A DNA stretch of 62,069 bases, filler included. It is 6 parts of 6 records of this genome, joined end to end, with 100 filler letters (N's around TTAATTAATTAA, not from the genome) between each part and the next. Parts side by side here need not be neighbours in the genome. Positions count along the whole stretch, not along the records: positions 56,658 to 62,069 come from SRR31147125_3224; 5 more parts are not named here. One strand, given 5' to 3'. The notes below the pieces were generated by a model. The model made no database searches, was not told the DNA's origin, and was given only the letters and a program-made list of their open reading frames with translations. Numbering within the stretch: position 1 is the stretch's first letter; every line of letters starts with the position of its first letter. The position numbers and the translations under genes were made by a program. Below are positions 61,902-62,069 of the stretch, in pieces.

Positions 61902-62069
61902 ACAAGAAGGGTGTTAATAAGTAAAATCGGTAGTAATTCTATTTGAATTGATGAATCAGTTGGTTCAAGTAATTGTCCCTGATTTTTGAGTTCAGTTCAC
62001 ATTCCCAAATGGTGATAACTTTCCATCCCAAAACATTTAAAGCAAGCTCAGCTTCTTTATCGCGTTTTT

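Overview
This window is not one locus. It is six unrelated contigs joined by 100-nt spacers (44 N + TTAATTAATTAA + 44 N) at 10010-10109, 30698-30797, 44784-44883, 49916-50015 and 56558-56657, so gene context must not be read across those spacers. (1) 1-10009, very AT-rich: ABC-2 exporter with an ArsR-type regulator, a beta-propeller/YYY/GGDEF diguanylate cyclase, an HD-like protein, an MBL-fold hydrolase and a PQQ aldose dehydrogenase. (2) 10110-30697, AT-rich, standard genetic code, tentatively Acholeplasmatales/Izemoplasmatales-like: a Wzx/Wzy polysaccharide locus. Its capD-like gene is separated from the rest by an ~8 kb accessory block (two tandem paralogous tyrosine recombinases, a lipoprotein, an AAA ATPase, a chimeric ORF and an FRG-domain gene). 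The locus carries two pyruvyl-transferase-family genes, a nitroreductase and a MurB-like gene. (3) 30798-44783: MoxR/DUF58/BatABCDE operon plus a FadL-like outer-membrane protein and a lipoprotein. (4) 44884-49915: lipoprotein, beta-barrel with a long low-complexity insert, HigBA and DUF2723. (5) 50016-56557: Bacteroidota polysaccharide utilisation locus (SusD, SusC, GH88, hybrid two-component sensor). (6) 56658-62069: TPR gene, REP-like palindromes, a 107-aa unknown protein followed by an unexplained 13 x 21-bp quasi-palindromic repeat array with a 105-bp higher-order period (best candidate for something undescribed), and a C-M-R EcoRII-like restriction-modification operon with a C-box. At least seven genes are split by single-base indels in homopolymers, most likely sequencing errors. 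No rRNA, tRNA or CRISPR array was seen. Taxonomic hints are inference only.
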